This document shows, in pieces, positions 37,038 to 46,987 of a DNA stretch of 64,000 nt. Both the position numbers and the translations under genes were made by a program. The notes beneath the pieces are model-generated. The model was not told the origin of the DNA. It made no database searches and saw only the letters and a list, made by a program, of their open reading frames with translations. The stretch is from an uncultured virus (IMG/VR IMGVR_UViG_3300046003_004339) (lineage: Duplodnaviria; Heunggongvirae; Uroviricota; Caudoviricetes): the IMG/VR virus record IMGVR_UViG_3300046003_004339; one strand, given 5' to 3'. Each line of letters starts with the position of its first letter. Position 1 is the stretch's first letter.

Positions 37038-37703
37038 CTAAATGTTGATTATGTGCGGATTGTTTGTGACAACATAACTTTCATCCAATACCGAACAATT
37101 ATAGCACACAGTTCTGGTTGCATCGTCGTGAATTACATTTCCAATTCCATAGGAATGGTGTATGTGACCTGACAGGTGTATTTTGGGCTTTACTCGTTTG
37201 ATTGCATCAAGCAAATCTACGCAGCCAACATGCTCTGTAATGTTATAACCCACACGATATGCTTCATCACAAATGCCATATGCAGGACCATGTGTAATCA
37301 ATACATCAGTGTCGTCTGGAATTTTATCCCAATATCGTTTGATATCAGCACCACGATCTTTGTTGAAAGCCCAATTATAGAATCTTGGTTGATGCGGTGA
37401 ACCATAAAACTTTATTCCTTCAATTTCACAACCTTCATCTTGTAGATAAGTCAATGATGGAAACTCCATCTGAATTATCCTCCAAAAGTTGGGGTCTTGT
37501 TCTAGAAGCCAGTCGTGATTACCTGCTATAAAAATTTTACGACGATGAGGTTGAGTATTGAACCATCTCAAAAAATCCATCGTGTCGGGAAGCCTTCCGT
37601 GAGAAGAAAAATCTCCCGCATGAACCAGCCAATCTCCATCTGGTATATTCTTTATATCCCAATGGCTTCCATGTGAATCTGACAAAGCTATAATTCTAGT
37701 CAT
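37038..37703 (-). CDS. calcineurin-like metallophosphoesterase
   Basis: SDSH, HAGD, GNHD, ITHGP, GHIH. Confidence 0.9.
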   Translation of the reverse strand: MTRIIALSDSHGSHWDIKNIPDGDWLVHAGDFSSHGRLPDTMDFLRWFNTQPHRRKIFIAGNHDWLLEQDPNFWRIIQMEFPSLTYLQDEGCEIEGIKFYGSPHQPRFYNWAFNKDRGADIKRYWDKIPDDTDVLITHGPAYGICDEAYRVGYNITEHVGCVDLLDAIKRVKPKIHLSGHIHHSYGIGNVIHDDATRTVCYNCSVLDESYVVTNNPHIINI

Positions 37704-37746
37704 CTTAGAATACTAATGAATTTGTGCTTTTGTGCAAGCAAATTCA

Positions 37747-37968
37747 CTAACGATCTTGTGGTATGCCAAACTTTCTTGCCTTATTTTCTTCGCAGTCATC
37801 GTAACCATCATTGTAATGACTCTTTTGGAGCCGCTTCAACAGAGTTTTAAAGTCCGGCATGCAATCTATAACAAACCCCCAATTGTCGCTGTTTGTGTAA
37901 AACCCCTGTTGGTCCTCTTTGAAACCAAGCTTTTTGAGAAGTGCAATATTTTCTTTGGTCTCTTTCAT
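37747..37968 (-). CDS. hypothetical protein
   Basis: ORF. Confidence 0.55.
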   Translation of the reverse strand: MKETKENIALLKKLGFKEDQQGFYTNSDNWGFVIDCMPDFKTLLKRLQKSHYNDGYDDCEENKARKFGIPQDR

Positions 37969-37969
37969 G

Positions 37970-38431
37970 TTAAAAGTATCTATTTACTGTGTTTCTTAGT
38001 ATATTGGCCAACTGAGGAGTCATATTAAATCTTTTCTCATTTACATCAATTGATTGTCTAATGTTGCCATCTTTGACGCGAGCCGTTGATGCCAACCAAT
38101 CACATAACATCTCTGTAAGATCTACCAAATCCATATCATCCACTCCGTTTTTATGGTGTTGGGGATGATGACGATTCTTGGCATAATGATTGTCTGTTGC
38201 TGGCTTTACTTTAGCCAGCAATGCTTCATATTCTGGCGTGCCATACTTTGTTTTAATTAGTTCTGGGCCATATTCACCAAAAATTTCAGCCTCCGGGCTT
38301 TCTAACTTTGATTGGTCATGATTTCTAGCACGATTATCCAGTTCTTCAATCATCAAATAAAGATAAGAACGCACAGATTGAATGTGCTTCAACGTCTCCA
38401 TCTTTCCTATAATTGTTTTATCATTATCCAT
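37970..38431 (-). CDS. DUF5662-like HD-type protein
   Basis: HDQSK, HYAKNRHHPQH, EMLCDW. Confidence 0.75.
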   Translation of the reverse strand: MDNDKTIIGKMETLKHIQSVRSYLYLMIEELDNRARNHDQSKLESPEAEIFGEYGPELIKTKYGTPEYEALLAKVKPATDNHYAKNRHHPQHHKNGVDDMDLVDLTEMLCDWLASTARVKDGNIRQSIDVNEKRFNMTPQLANILRNTVNRYF

Positions 38432-38432
38432 A

Positions 38433-38654
38433 TTATTTTCGGTTGGTGAATTCTCTCAACAGCTTTCCTATGGGGCTGTTTTCTTTATCTGGAACAATCA
38501 TAATATATTCAACATTATTAGTATTTTCTTTTCCATCAAATATCTCATTCAGTTGTTCTTTTGTAAATGTTGATAAAGAATAAAATGTTGTTCCGGGTGG
38601 AACTCCATTCATGTTTTCCGGCATATAATGTGTTTCTAGATTGAATTTATTCAT
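38433..38654 (-). CDS. hypothetical protein
   Basis: ORF. Confidence 0.55.
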   Translation of the reverse strand: MNKFNLETHYMPENMNGVPPGTTFYSLSTFTKEQLNEIFDGKENTNNVEYIMIVPDKENSPIGKLLREFTNRK

Positions 38655-38655
38655 T

Positions 38656-38850
38656 TTATTCTTTATGTGTTTCCCGACCAGTCAAAACATTTCCATCAAA
38701 ATCACATGCTTTGGAACTGAATTGTCCCTTCTTTTTATCAATAATGATAGATACCTTGTAATAATTCTTACCATCAGCTTCTTCTACAACATATATGTCG
38801 CCCACTTTGGGTTTGGTTGGCACTCCAATGTGAGTTTTCTTGGTTTTCAT
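38656..38850 (-). CDS. hypothetical protein
   Basis: ATG 34 nt from TTGACA. Confidence 0.6.
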   Translation of the reverse strand: MKTKKTHIGVPTKPKVGDIYVVEEADGKNYYKVSIIIDKKKGQFSSKACDFDGNVLTGRETHKE

Positions 38851-38880
38851 GATTTTAGAATGACATCTTTTTATAAAATG

Positions 38881-39306
38881 TCAAGCCTTGACCAGAATAT
38901 ATTTGACGCCATCCACTTCAACCACCTTGCCAGAGCAAGACGCTTGCTTGGGCTTGGTGCGAGCAAGAAACTGCTCCTGCGTCAGAAAATTGCCATCCAC
39001 AAGCCAATGCTTGGCGCCAGATGCATATTCAACTGCTGGGCCATCCTCACGATGACGCTTGCCATTCAACCACCACTCCTTGGTGCCATCCCCCCATTCA
39101 ATGGCTGGACCATCCTCACGATGCAGCTTGCCATCGTCATACCAATACTTGGTGCCATCCTCACGGTACAGCTTGCCATTCACATACCAAGACTTGCTGC
39201 CAGTCGCACGTTCGACGGCTGGGCCATCTTTGCGATGCAGCTTGCCATCGCTGTTGCGCCACTCAATCGTGTTGAAGTCGTCAACCGTTACAATATAAGT
39301 TTCCAT
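38881..39306 (-). CDS. HREDGPA repeat protein, paralog 4
   Basis: Same termini and promoter as the 183-1602 copies; 3 full and one internally deleted repeat. Confidence 0.85.
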   Translation of the reverse strand: METYIVTVDDFNTIEWRNSDGKLHRKDGPAVERATGSKSWYVNGKLYREDGTKYWYDDGKLHREDGPAIEWGDGTKEWWLNGKRHREDGPAVEYASGAKHWLVDGNFLTQEQFLARTKPKQASCSGKVVEVDGVKYILVKA

Positions 39307-39397
39307 GATGTAATAATGAGTTAGATTTTATAAAATGTCAAGGTTTTTTGCTGACATAGAATGTTGCATTGTAGTGTATTTTTATTTGATCAATTTA

Positions 39398-39849
39398 TCA
39401 GGTATATCCTTTGATATTGGCGTCTTTTAGAAATTTATCGTATTTATTTTCTTGTAATTTCTCAACTTCAATTGGCCAAGCATTGTTGTCTTTTAGCATT
39501 TTTTCAAGAGATCTTTGTGGTTTTTGATTGCGTTTCATACATACCCAGATGGTTGAACCTTGCCACGCTCCATATTTTTCACAATAGTCGTATAGGCTTT
39601 TTAGTTCTTCTATGCTGGACACATCTTCTGCATCGGCACAAGCCCAAGCAAATACATCGTTACAATTCAGGAATAGTACAATCGTTTTACCATCGTTGGT
39701 TAGTTTTTTATCATCGCTACTATGTGTGCGATAATTGGAGAACAATATTTCCTCGGTCAATAATTGAAGTATTGCTTGTTCTTCATCAAAATAAACTTCT
39801 TTTTTACCATCATAACTGTGGGTGCTATAAACTTTACTTTTGTCCATAA
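39398..39849 (-). CDS. conserved phage hypothetical protein
   Basis: NCNDVFAWACADAE motif. Confidence 0.7.
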
Positions 39850-39851
39850 AA

Positions 39852-40190
39852 TCAACCAAAATTCGCATATGATTTGTAATAAAAGTCAATCAATGCTCCT
39901 GCTTTATTGGCGTGAAACATATATTCAATATTTTTCTCTGTGAAAAAGTCCTTCATTATATTTTTTATTTTGGCGTGTTGGGTTTCGTCGTCCATATCAT
40001 AAACAACAACTCCGTGTGAAAAATAAGATATGCACAACATGTCAGTTGCGTCATTATTACAGAGATGTTTGATACAAAATGCTTTTTTAGCACCTTCTTC
40101 ATTCAAACCATCTGCATATACAACAGCCATAACATTTTTTATACCTTCGCCCGTTGCGAAATAATTTAACTGACAGAAATATGTTTTCAT
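39852..40190 (-). CDS. hypothetical protein
   Basis: YFATGEG motif. Confidence 0.65.
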   Translation of the reverse strand: MKTYFCQLNYFATGEGIKNVMAVVYADGLNEEGAKKAFCIKHLCNNDATDMLCISYFSHGVVVYDMDDETQHAKIKNIMKDFFTEKNIEYMFHANKAGALIDFYYKSYANFG

Positions 40191-40621
40191 AATGTACTAT
40201 ATTTTGTTATCAACATTGTAAACGATTGTTTTTCGGACTGTGGCTGAGACGAGGACTCTATAATAAATCCAACTTCTGGAAACTGATTGTTACTATATGA
40301 ATATGCTTCTTTAACAGAGTCAATCTCATTTATTGGCTGATATGGAATATCTGGAGGGTTTCTTCCGTTTGATACATAAAACGCATCCTCAAAATCCTTG
40401 TCATCGGCATGCCGAATCATCACATTTTCAATTACTCGAAGCGTGCCATCGGCATTTCTGATGAAATAGGCATCCATACCAAATGCACCAACCTTCTTTC
40501 TGACTTGGACCAATCTACCAGACCGTTGATAATCTGTTAGACCAAATACCATTTCAGCGACCACATAGTCGTTAAATTTGAATTGGCGCTTTTCTGGAGA
40601 AATATAAATGTTCTTATCCAT
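40187..40621 (-). CDS. hypothetical protein
   Basis: GRLVQVRK..GAFG.D motif. Confidence 0.65.
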   Translation of the reverse strand: MDKNIYISPEKRQFKFNDYVVAEMVFGLTDYQRSGRLVQVRKKVGAFGMDAYFIRNADGTLRVIENVMIRHADDKDFEDAFYVSNGRNPPDIPYQPINEIDSVKEAYSYSNNQFPEVGFIIESSSQPQSEKQSFTMLITKYSTL

Positions 40622-40713
40622 CTTTATAAAAGTTGCGCTTAAAAGAAGCTCATGTATCCACGCTTTTATTCAATGATTGGCCAGCAATAATTTTTGGCCA
40701 CGGATCATCTTTG

Positions 40714-40953
40714 TCATGCCATTTTTTTACTTTTATTCAAAGAATCGTTTGCAGCCTTTACAATTGCTTCACCAACAAGCAAAGCAATTTCGGGGCTGAA
40801 TGTCATACGCTCTTTAATTTTGTGCCCGTCTTCTTTGTAACGAATTTCTACGCAGCCCAATCCATCGCGGTCTGGACCAACTTCAACGCTCCAGCCGTCT
40901 CCATCATTGGGCCAAATTTCATATAATGTTTCAATTTCCGGTTTTTGTTTCAT
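40714..40953 (-). CDS. hypothetical protein
   Basis: EVGPDRDGLGCVEIR; own promoter. Confidence 0.7.
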   Translation of the reverse strand: MKQKPEIETLYEIWPNDGDGWSVEVGPDRDGLGCVEIRYKEDGHKIKERMTFSPEIALLVGEAIVKAANDSLNKSKKMA

Positions 40954-40984
40954 GTTATATACAATAACTACTTTTTATAGAATG

Positions 40985-41308
40985 TCAATCAGATTTTTCA
41001 ACTCGCACAAACTTTACAGATTCCATAATCCGCTTGGCGTGGTAAGTATTCTTTTGTAAATATTTGTGATAGGATTTGTCCGCAGGCGTCATGTCTTCAA
41101 TTTCACACTTACATTTGCCCATGTGTTTCATTTCCGCCATGAGACAACCACAATATGAGTCTTTCAGTGCAGTATAAATCAAGTCCATTGCATGTGTCTC
41201 AACTGGAAAGTCTGGATTGTAACCACCACCAAATACTACATTACAGGTAGCTTCGGTATGTGGAACGGCGTCAATGGAAATTTCAAAAACGAATTTTTCA
41301 GTTTTCAT
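40985..41308 (-). CDS. hypothetical protein, tandem paralog A
   Basis: Paralog of 41339-41662. Confidence 0.75.
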   Translation of the reverse strand: MKTEKFVFEISIDAVPHTEATCNVVFGGGYNPDFPVETHAMDLIYTALKDSYCGCLMAEMKHMGKCKCEIEDMTPADKSYHKYLQKNTYHAKRIMESVKFVRVEKSD

Positions 41309-41338
41309 ATAAAAACAATAACTACTTTTTATAGAATG

Positions 41339-41662
41339 TCAATCGGATTTTTCAACTCGCACAAACTTTACAGATTCCATGATTGTTTTGACACTTGTCG
41401 TGTTTTCTTTGAGATATTTTCTGTGTGCCTTTTGGTTAGCATCCATATCATTTTCTCCACAGTGACATCTTTCCAAGTGGTCCATTTCTGCATGCAAGCA
41501 AGCTACATACGCTTCTCTCAAAGCATTAGAAATCAATTGATTGGCATGAGTTTGGATAGGAAAGTCTGAGTTGTATGTTCCACCAAGCAATTTCTTGGCC
41601 GTGGCTTTATTGTGTGGAAATTCCTCTACGGTAATTTCATACACGAATTTTTGTTTTTTCAT
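41339..41662 (-). CDS. hypothetical protein, tandem paralog B
   Basis: Identical C-terminus IMESVKFVRVEKSD. Confidence 0.75.
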   Translation of the reverse strand: MKKQKFVYEITVEEFPHNKATAKKLLGGTYNSDFPIQTHANQLISNALREAYVACLHAEMDHLERCHCGENDMDANQKAHRKYLKENTTSVKTIMESVKFVRVEKSD

Positions 41663-41676
41663 GATGGAGAAGGATA

Positions 41677-41940
41677 TTACTTTATTTTTTTTGCAAGCAA
41701 TCGCTTAATCCCAGTTTGTAGTTGTGGGAGATATTCACCCAAATAGATGCATCTGGAAGCGAGTTCATGTGCATCATAGCCATCGACCACTCCGTTAGTC
41801 TCGCTTTTGTCGCTGGCAAGAAAAATGAAATGTCCTTTCAATAAATCGCTTTCATCTATATACAGATAAATGTATCGCTCAGTTTTTTCAACGTAGTAAC
41901 CCGGTTTGATTTTACGACTTTTAGCTTTGGTAGATTTCAT
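41677..41940 (-). CDS. hypothetical protein
   Basis: Own promoter copy. Confidence 0.6.
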   Translation of the reverse strand: MKSTKAKSRKIKPGYYVEKTERYIYLYIDESDLLKGHFIFLASDKSETNGVVDGYDAHELASRCIYLGEYLPQLQTGIKRLLAKKIK

Positions 41941-41970
41941 GATTTACGGTCTCAGACTTTTTGTAGAATG

Positions 41971-42189
41971 TCAAGACAACTTCACATCAGTCCAGTATGT
42001 CTCTTTTTGATAATCGGGAATAGACTTTGACGCCTTTGTCAAAGCATCAATGGCTACACACATTCCTTTTGTGAGACGCTTATTGTCTTTATTTGTGCGA
42101 CCATCGGTATGCTCGCACACATGGCGAGTATATTCCAACGCAAGCACAGTATCACGCAGCATCTTTTTTAGTTTGGCGTTTTCTTTCAT
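41971..42189 (-). CDS. hypothetical protein
   Basis: Stop in TTGAC. Confidence 0.55.
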   Translation of the reverse strand: MKENAKLKKMLRDTVLALEYTRHVCEHTDGRTNKDNKRLTKGMCVAIDALTKASKSIPDYQKETYWTDVKLS

Positions 42190-42306
42190 ATTGTTCTAAT
42201 TTTTTCTTGGCATCTTCCGACATCGGAATGTTGTGTTGTTTGAGTTGCAGCAATGCTTCTTCCTCTGTTTTCAGAGGATGTTCAAGTCTACCTTTGAGTG
42301 TAGGCC

Positions 42307-42379
42307 ATTTCATATAATGTTTCAATTTCCGGTTTTTGTTTCATGTTATATACAATAACTACTTTTTATAGAATGTCAA
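42307..42379. repeat. 73-bp exact duplicate of 40916-40988 (promoter plus first 12 codons)
   Basis: Direct sequence identity. Confidence 0.9.
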
Positions 42380-42433
42380 GACTTTTCTCACTTTTTTCTT
42401 ACTTTTACACAACTGCTTTATATTTATTGATAT

Positions 42434-42589
42434 ATGGGAAGAAAGAAAAAATACAAAACATTAGAAGAAAAACTGGTCGCTGACCGTGAAAAAGCTATGC
42501 GTTATTACTTCAACAATAAAGAGGTTATAAAGAAAAAGAACTTGAGGAGGTATTATGAAAACAAGCGGAATATACAAGATAGTCAATAA
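42434..42589 (+). CDS. small basic protein overlapping the GIY-YIG start
   Basis: MGRKKKYKT...MRYY...RRYYE; upstream ATATTTAT. Confidence 0.55.
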   Translation: MGRKKKYKTLEEKLVADREKAMRYYFNNKEVIKKKNLRRYYENKRNIQDSQ

Positions 42590-43289
42590 AGTGAATGGGA
42601 AGTATTATGTGGGGAGTTCTGTTGGTATAGAATTTCGATGGAAGGCTCATATAAGTTCATTAAAACGCAATGTTCACAAATCCCCAAAACTTCAAGCCGC
42701 TTGGAATAAATATGGAATGGATAATTTCATTTTTATGACCATTGAAACATGTGAGCCAAATACCGATATTACACAGAGAATTGAGCAAAAATACTTGGAT
42801 ATAGCAAAAACTGAACAACTTTGTTGCTATAATACAACTTTTATCGCACATGCACCTATGCTTGGAAGAAAGCATAGTAGAAAAACTAGGAATCTAATAA
42901 GTAAAATGGTCAATAAAGGATATCTGGAAGGTAAAATGCGATGGAATAAAGGAAAAAAATTAACCGATGAACACAAAAAAAGAGTTAGCGAAGCGCGGAT
43001 ACGATTACAAATAAAACCGTCTCGCCGCCAACGCAGATTGCAGAGTATGATGGTAAGAGGAAAAAATAACTATTTTTATAAAAATCCAATGTATGGAGAA
43101 AAGAATGGAAGATATATTTCAACAGAATTTAAATTTTATAATATAAAGACGGGAGAGATATTCTTCGGGACTCGTACCGAGTTGATTAAAAAATTTAATC
43201 TATCAAGCGGAAATGTATGCAATATGATGCAAGGAAAATTAAAAAGTGTAAAAGGATGGATTATTCGTAATTCCGAATCGCCACAATAA
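42555..43289 (+). mobile_element. free-standing GIY-YIG homing endonuclease with NUMOD3-like motifs
   Basis: GIYKIVNKVNGKYYVGSS, RW..H, LQ.AWNKYG, GRKHS, GKKLTDEHKKRVSE; antisense, overlaps ligase 3-prime end by 29 nt. Confidence 0.9.
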
Positions 43290-44355
43290 CCCCGAACCGA
43301 GGCTTGCCATCGGGAGTCATATTCTGATAGCGAACAGTCGCCAGCGTTTTGCCGATATAATTTTTCTTGTTCTTTAGCAAATCAATATAAAATTGTTCGT
43401 TGCCGCGAGCATTTGCTTCAAATTCGATTCCACTGGAAGTCACTAAACGAGCACGCCCAAACATTCCAGAACGATTTCCTTTACCCTCCGTAATGTCCAA
43501 AATCTTAAATTCATCATCAACAAACTCTTTTCTCTTGAGCAAGAATTTACTACGCTTATTTTCATATATATCGTCTGTGCGAATCATCTGACCTTCTTGA
43601 CCATCCATCAGATATTCTTGATATTTAGCATCAAGTTCTTCTTGGTCATTGACCAATGCAGTATCCACCATCACAATAGAATTGTGTTTGGGGAGTAGCT
43701 TTTTGAGTTCAGCATTTCGTTTGCTGAATACCAGTTCGCTACTGGGTAAATCATAGACCCAATATTGCAACGATACTTCGCTCTTATTCAAATCTTCTTT
43801 GGTCGGTTTGGTTTGCTTGGCAAGGCTGATGATGCTGTTGAAATCGTTCTTGAACTTATCGCAGAAAATTTCCCCGTCGAAAATCAACGAGGGGTCTTCC
43901 TCGAAAAGATGCTTCAACGCATTATAAATGTGAGGCGCTGAAGCAATTTTCTTTCCCGTTCGGCTCCACATACCATCTTTGCGAACAATACACCGCATAC
44001 CATCCAACTTTGGTTGAGTATAAACTGGAAATGAAAAATCAACATCCTCATACTTCTTAGCAAGCATTGGTTCAACATATGATGTGCATTCGTCAATTTT
44101 CTTTACATCAGTTGTATAACCGGTCTTGGATTTTTTGTCCCACTTGGCAAGTGCTTCACTATATGCTTGTTCAGCAGGAGTTGTTTCATTCTTTTTACCA
44201 ATATTCTTGCCTTCGCAAACCGTGGGTTCATTTTCAATTTTTTTACCATCTTGTTGACCAGTGATGCTATAATACTTGTTGCCATCAACAAGCATTTGCC
44301 AAGTTTGAATTGCACCAGTAGATGTACGACTAAAGAGAGTAGGAAGTGTTTTCAT
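43261..44355 (-). CDS. ATP-dependent DNA ligase
   Basis: PMLA, QPKLDGMR, FDGEIF, YDLP, EGQMIR, KRSKFLLKRK, OB domain ..PRF. Confidence 0.93.
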   Translation of the reverse strand: MKTLPTLFSRTSTGAIQTWQMLVDGNKYYSITGQQDGKKIENEPTVCEGKNIGKKNETTPAEQAYSEALAKWDKKSKTGYTTDVKKIDECTSYVEPMLAKKYEDVDFSFPVYTQPKLDGMRCIVRKDGMWSRTGKKIASAPHIYNALKHLFEEDPSLIFDGEIFCDKFKNDFNSIISLAKQTKPTKEDLNKSEVSLQYWVYDLPSSELVFSKRNAELKKLLPKHNSIVMVDTALVNDQEELDAKYQEYLMDGQEGQMIRTDDIYENKRSKFLLKRKEFVDDEFKILDITEGKGNRSGMFGRARLVTSSGIEFEANARGNEQFYIDLLKNKKNYIGKTLATVRYQNMTPDGKPRFGVIVAIRNYE

Positions 44356-44386
44356 GTTTATGATAGTGACTACTTTTTATAGAAAG

Positions 44387-44656
44387 TCAAGGATTTTTTG
44401 CGGCAAGTCGTCTGAAATATTCCAGACCTTTTTCCGATTGTTCTTTCTTTGCCTTTAGGGCTCGCAGCTTTTGATAAGCCGCAGTAGCCGCATCAAAATT
44501 GTCCTCCGCATCTGCCTTGGAATAAATAATCCGTTGTTCATCTACTGCCGTGGATATCTTTTCTGTGCGAATTTTCGCCGCCTCATAGTTATCACGATGC
44601 GTGATTTTCTTTATTTCGGCTAGCTCTGCCAAGAGTTCTTGTTTCCGTTTTTTCAT
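44387..44656 (-). CDS. hypothetical coiled-coil protein
   Basis: ORF. Confidence 0.6.
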   Translation of the reverse strand: MKKRKQELLAELAEIKKITHRDNYEAAKIRTEKISTAVDEQRIIYSKADAEDNFDAATAAYQKLRALKAKKEQSEKGLEYFRRLAAKNP

Positions 44657-44657
44657 T

Positions 44658-44879
44658 TTAGATGGATTTGAGGTGAGTCACCTTGACAACATCAATAGAA
44701 AACTGCACAGAGGTTTCGTTCTCGGCGGAAACAACTTGTTTGCCAGAACGATTGAACGCCACACGACAACCCTTCGGAGTGAAGGATGCGACCTTACCAA
44801 ATGCCAGTCCCTTATATACTGGCGGATTGAAAACCACGGTGTCTCCAATGGATAATTCTTGTCCAAGTTTGTCTTTCAT
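44658..44879 (-). CDS. conserved small phage protein
   Basis: MKDKLGQELSIGDTVVF...GKV..FTPK. Confidence 0.7.
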   Translation of the reverse strand: MKDKLGQELSIGDTVVFNPPVYKGLAFGKVASFTPKGCRVAFNRSGKQVVSAENETSVQFSIDVVKVTHLKSI

Positions 44880-44926
44880 GTTTATGAGAGTGACAGGTTT
44901 TTATAAAAAGTCAAGGATTTTTTGTA

Positions 44927-45289
44927 TTAGCAAACAAGCTTTTCAAATGCTGAGATAATCGGCAGTCGGCGTTGTTTTTCTTTTTCGGCAACACAAATAT
45001 TATATCCTTTCATTATCAACTTTTCATCATCTTCGGAAATAAATTTTTTATATTCTCCCGGAAACACATAAAGTGTATCAACACTAAGCATTGAAATTAT
45101 AAACATTTCTACGCCGATCTTTGTTTTTATATTAGGATAGGAAGTAAAGGAATACTCCAAATCCCATTTGTCCATATGTTCGGTCAGTGACACATAAATG
45201 CCTTTGGCAAAACATGAGTGTTCGACTGGAGTTGGTGTTGGTGTTGGTGTTGGTGTTTTCTTTTTGAATAGATTAGTTATAAATTTCAT
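44927..45289 (-). CDS. hypothetical protein with short PT repeat
   Basis: Own promoter copy. Confidence 0.65.
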   Translation of the reverse strand: MKFITNLFKKKTPTPTPTPTPVEHSCFAKGIYVSLTEHMDKWDLEYSFTSYPNIKTKIGVEMFIISMLSVDTLYVFPGEYKKFISEDDEKLIMKGYNICVAEKEKQRRLPIISAFEKLVC

Positions 45290-45332
45290 AATATAATTAG
45301 AATGACAGGTGTTTATAAAAAGTCAAGAAGTT

Positions 45333-45614
45333 TTATCCAGCGTATTGAATTTCTTTGTTGATACTAGGCGCACCATTCTGTGCGTCCAACTGCTTGATAT
45401 ATTCCGCAATGGCTTGTTCACCAGTAGGAATCTCTTCTTTGGTGATATAGCCTTCTTTAACATAATTATATATGAAGTCATAAGACCAGAACTCATATTC
45501 ATCTCCATTACGAGAATATCGGTCACGAATTGAACCAAATCGAAGTTGGCGTCCATCCTTCAAAATAAAGGCGGAAGCAGTTGAGAAACCAAGTGCGTCA
45601 AATACGATTTTCAT
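45333..45614 (-). CDS. hypothetical protein
   Basis: Own promoter copy. Confidence 0.65.
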   Translation of the reverse strand: MKIVFDALGFSTASAFILKDGRQLRFGSIRDRYSRNGDEYEFWSYDFIYNYVKEGYITKEEIPTGEQAIAEYIKQLDAQNGAPSINKEIQYAG

Positions 45615-45647
45615 AATGTAATTAGAATGACAGATTTTTATAAAAAG

Positions 45648-45776
45648 TCAAGAAACTTTTTTCTTTTTCTTGTGCTCGGCTTCAATTTTTTTCGCAAGCC
45701 GTTTGAGTGAACGCTTGCCCAATTTCAAAAAATCGGGATGATTGCATATTGCAGAGGCGAGTTGGACAGGTTTCAT
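45648..45776 (-). CDS. small basic protein (42 aa)
   Basis: MKPVQLASAICNHPDFLKLGKR...; ATG 34 nt from TTGACT; stop in next TTGAC. Confidence 0.5.
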   Translation of the reverse strand: MKPVQLASAICNHPDFLKLGKRSLKRLAKKIEAEHKKKKKVS

Positions 45777-45806
45777 AATAGTATAGTGACAGATTTTTAT
45801 AAAAAG

Positions 45807-45995
45807 TCAAGTATTTTTCTGAGGCTGTAATTGTAGTTGCGAATATAGTCGATCATATAGTTGCAAATCTAGTTGCGAATCTAGTTGTGACTCTAGTTCC
45901 CAATATAGTTGATCATATAGTTGCGAACTTAGTTGCGAACTTAGTTGAGAACGCAGTTGATACTGTACACTTTTACCCAGTTTTATTGGTTTCAT
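45807..45995 (-). CDS. QLxx tetrad-repeat mini-protein C4
   Basis: MKPIKLGKS then QLxx repeats. Confidence 0.75.
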   Translation of the reverse strand: MKPIKLGKSVQYQLRSQLSSQLSSQLYDQLYWELESQLDSQLDLQLYDRLYSQLQLQPQKNT

Positions 45996-46233
45996 TGTGT
46001 AGTTCCCAATCTAGCTGTAAAAATATTTGATCATAAAGTTGCGTATCCACTTGATCATAAATTTGCGTATCCAGTTGATCATATAGTTTATATAGTTGAT
46101 TATATATTTGCGGATCTAGTTGATTATATAGTTGCAAACCCAGTTGCGAACTTAGTTGATTCTCTAATTGATTATATAGTTGCGAACCTAGTTGCGAATT
46201 ACATAAACTTTTACCTAGATTTATTGGTTTCAT
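45973..46233 (-). CDS. QLxx tetrad-repeat mini-protein C3
   Basis: MKPINLGKS; 23-nt overlap with C4. Confidence 0.75.
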   Translation of the reverse strand: MKPINLGKSLCNSQLGSQLYNQLENQLSSQLGLQLYNQLDPQIYNQLYKLYDQLDTQIYDQVDTQLYDQIFLQLDWELHNETNKTG

Positions 46234-46387
46234 TGCATAGTTGCGAATCTAGTTGTGACTCTAGTTCCCAATATAGTTGATCATATAGTTGCGAATATAT
46301 TTGCGAATATATTTGCGACTTTAGTTGCCAATTTAGTTGCGAACTTAGTTGCGACTTTACACTCTTACCCAGTTTTACTGATTTCAT
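46211..46387 (-). CDS. QLxx tetrad-repeat mini-protein C2 (58 aa, absent from ORF track)
   Basis: MKSVKLGKSVKSQLSSQLNWQL...QLCNETNKSR. Confidence 0.75.
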   Translation of the reverse strand: MKSVKLGKSVKSQLSSQLNWQLKSQIYSQIYSQLYDQLYWELESQLDSQLCNETNKSR

Positions 46388-46577
46388 TGTGCAGTTGATT
46401 ATCCAGTGGCCTGTATAGTTGCCAATCTAGTTGCAAATCTAGTTGCAAATATAGTTGCGACTCTAGTTGCGAACTTAGTTGAGTATCTAGTTGCAAACGT
46501 AGTTGCGACTCTAGTCGCGAACCTAGTTGATAACTCAGTTGATACTTTACACTTTTACCCAGTTTTACTGGTTGCAT
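46365..46577 (-). CDS. QLxx tetrad-repeat mini-protein C1
   Basis: MQPVKLGKS. Confidence 0.75.
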   Translation of the reverse strand: MQPVKLGKSVKYQLSYQLGSRLESQLRLQLDTQLSSQLESQLYLQLDLQLDWQLYRPLDNQLHNEISKTG

Positions 46578-46581
46578 TGCA

Positions 46582-46920
46582 TCAATCTCTCACAGCATTC
46601 ATTCTGGCTGTAAATGGATCATATTCTTGCTGAGAACCAAATTCATATGTTCCTGCTGGCAGAGTGATAGAATCATGTCTATCAGAGTGTAAGCAGCGAA
46701 TTGTAGTTTCAACTGTATTTTCCATGAAAAGAGTGCCCTTGTCATCTTCATAAAAATCTACTCCTGTTGGCATATCAACCACATGATGATTGCCAGTAGT
46801 TTCGCTGTCGGCTACAATCATATAGCCATTGCTATTACGATTCTTTTTCTTTGCATTGGATGGCAGTTTGCTGGTAAATACCATGCATTCGCCGTGGAGG
46901 ATAACTTCGTTGTTTTTCAT
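46582..46920 (-). CDS. His-rich small beta protein of the type I recall beside DUF6745 genes
   Basis: HGE, ADSETTGNHH, H.DRHD.I.LP.GTY...QQEYDP...VRD. Confidence 0.75.
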   Translation of the reverse strand: MKNNEVILHGECMVFTSKLPSNAKKKNRNSNGYMIVADSETTGNHHVVDMPTGVDFYEDDKGTLFMENTVETTIRCLHSDRHDSITLPAGTYEFGSQQEYDPFTARMNAVRD

Positions 46921-46987
46921 ATATTTTATTATTATTATTGCTGTGTTTTATACTATGGTTGAATTTTTCAAAAAGTCAAATCTATTC

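Noticed and set aside
42555..43289. Group I intron or intein around the GIY-YIG gene
   Set aside because: Ligase ORF is complete, the endonuclease is antisense and free-standing, and no intron core was recognised
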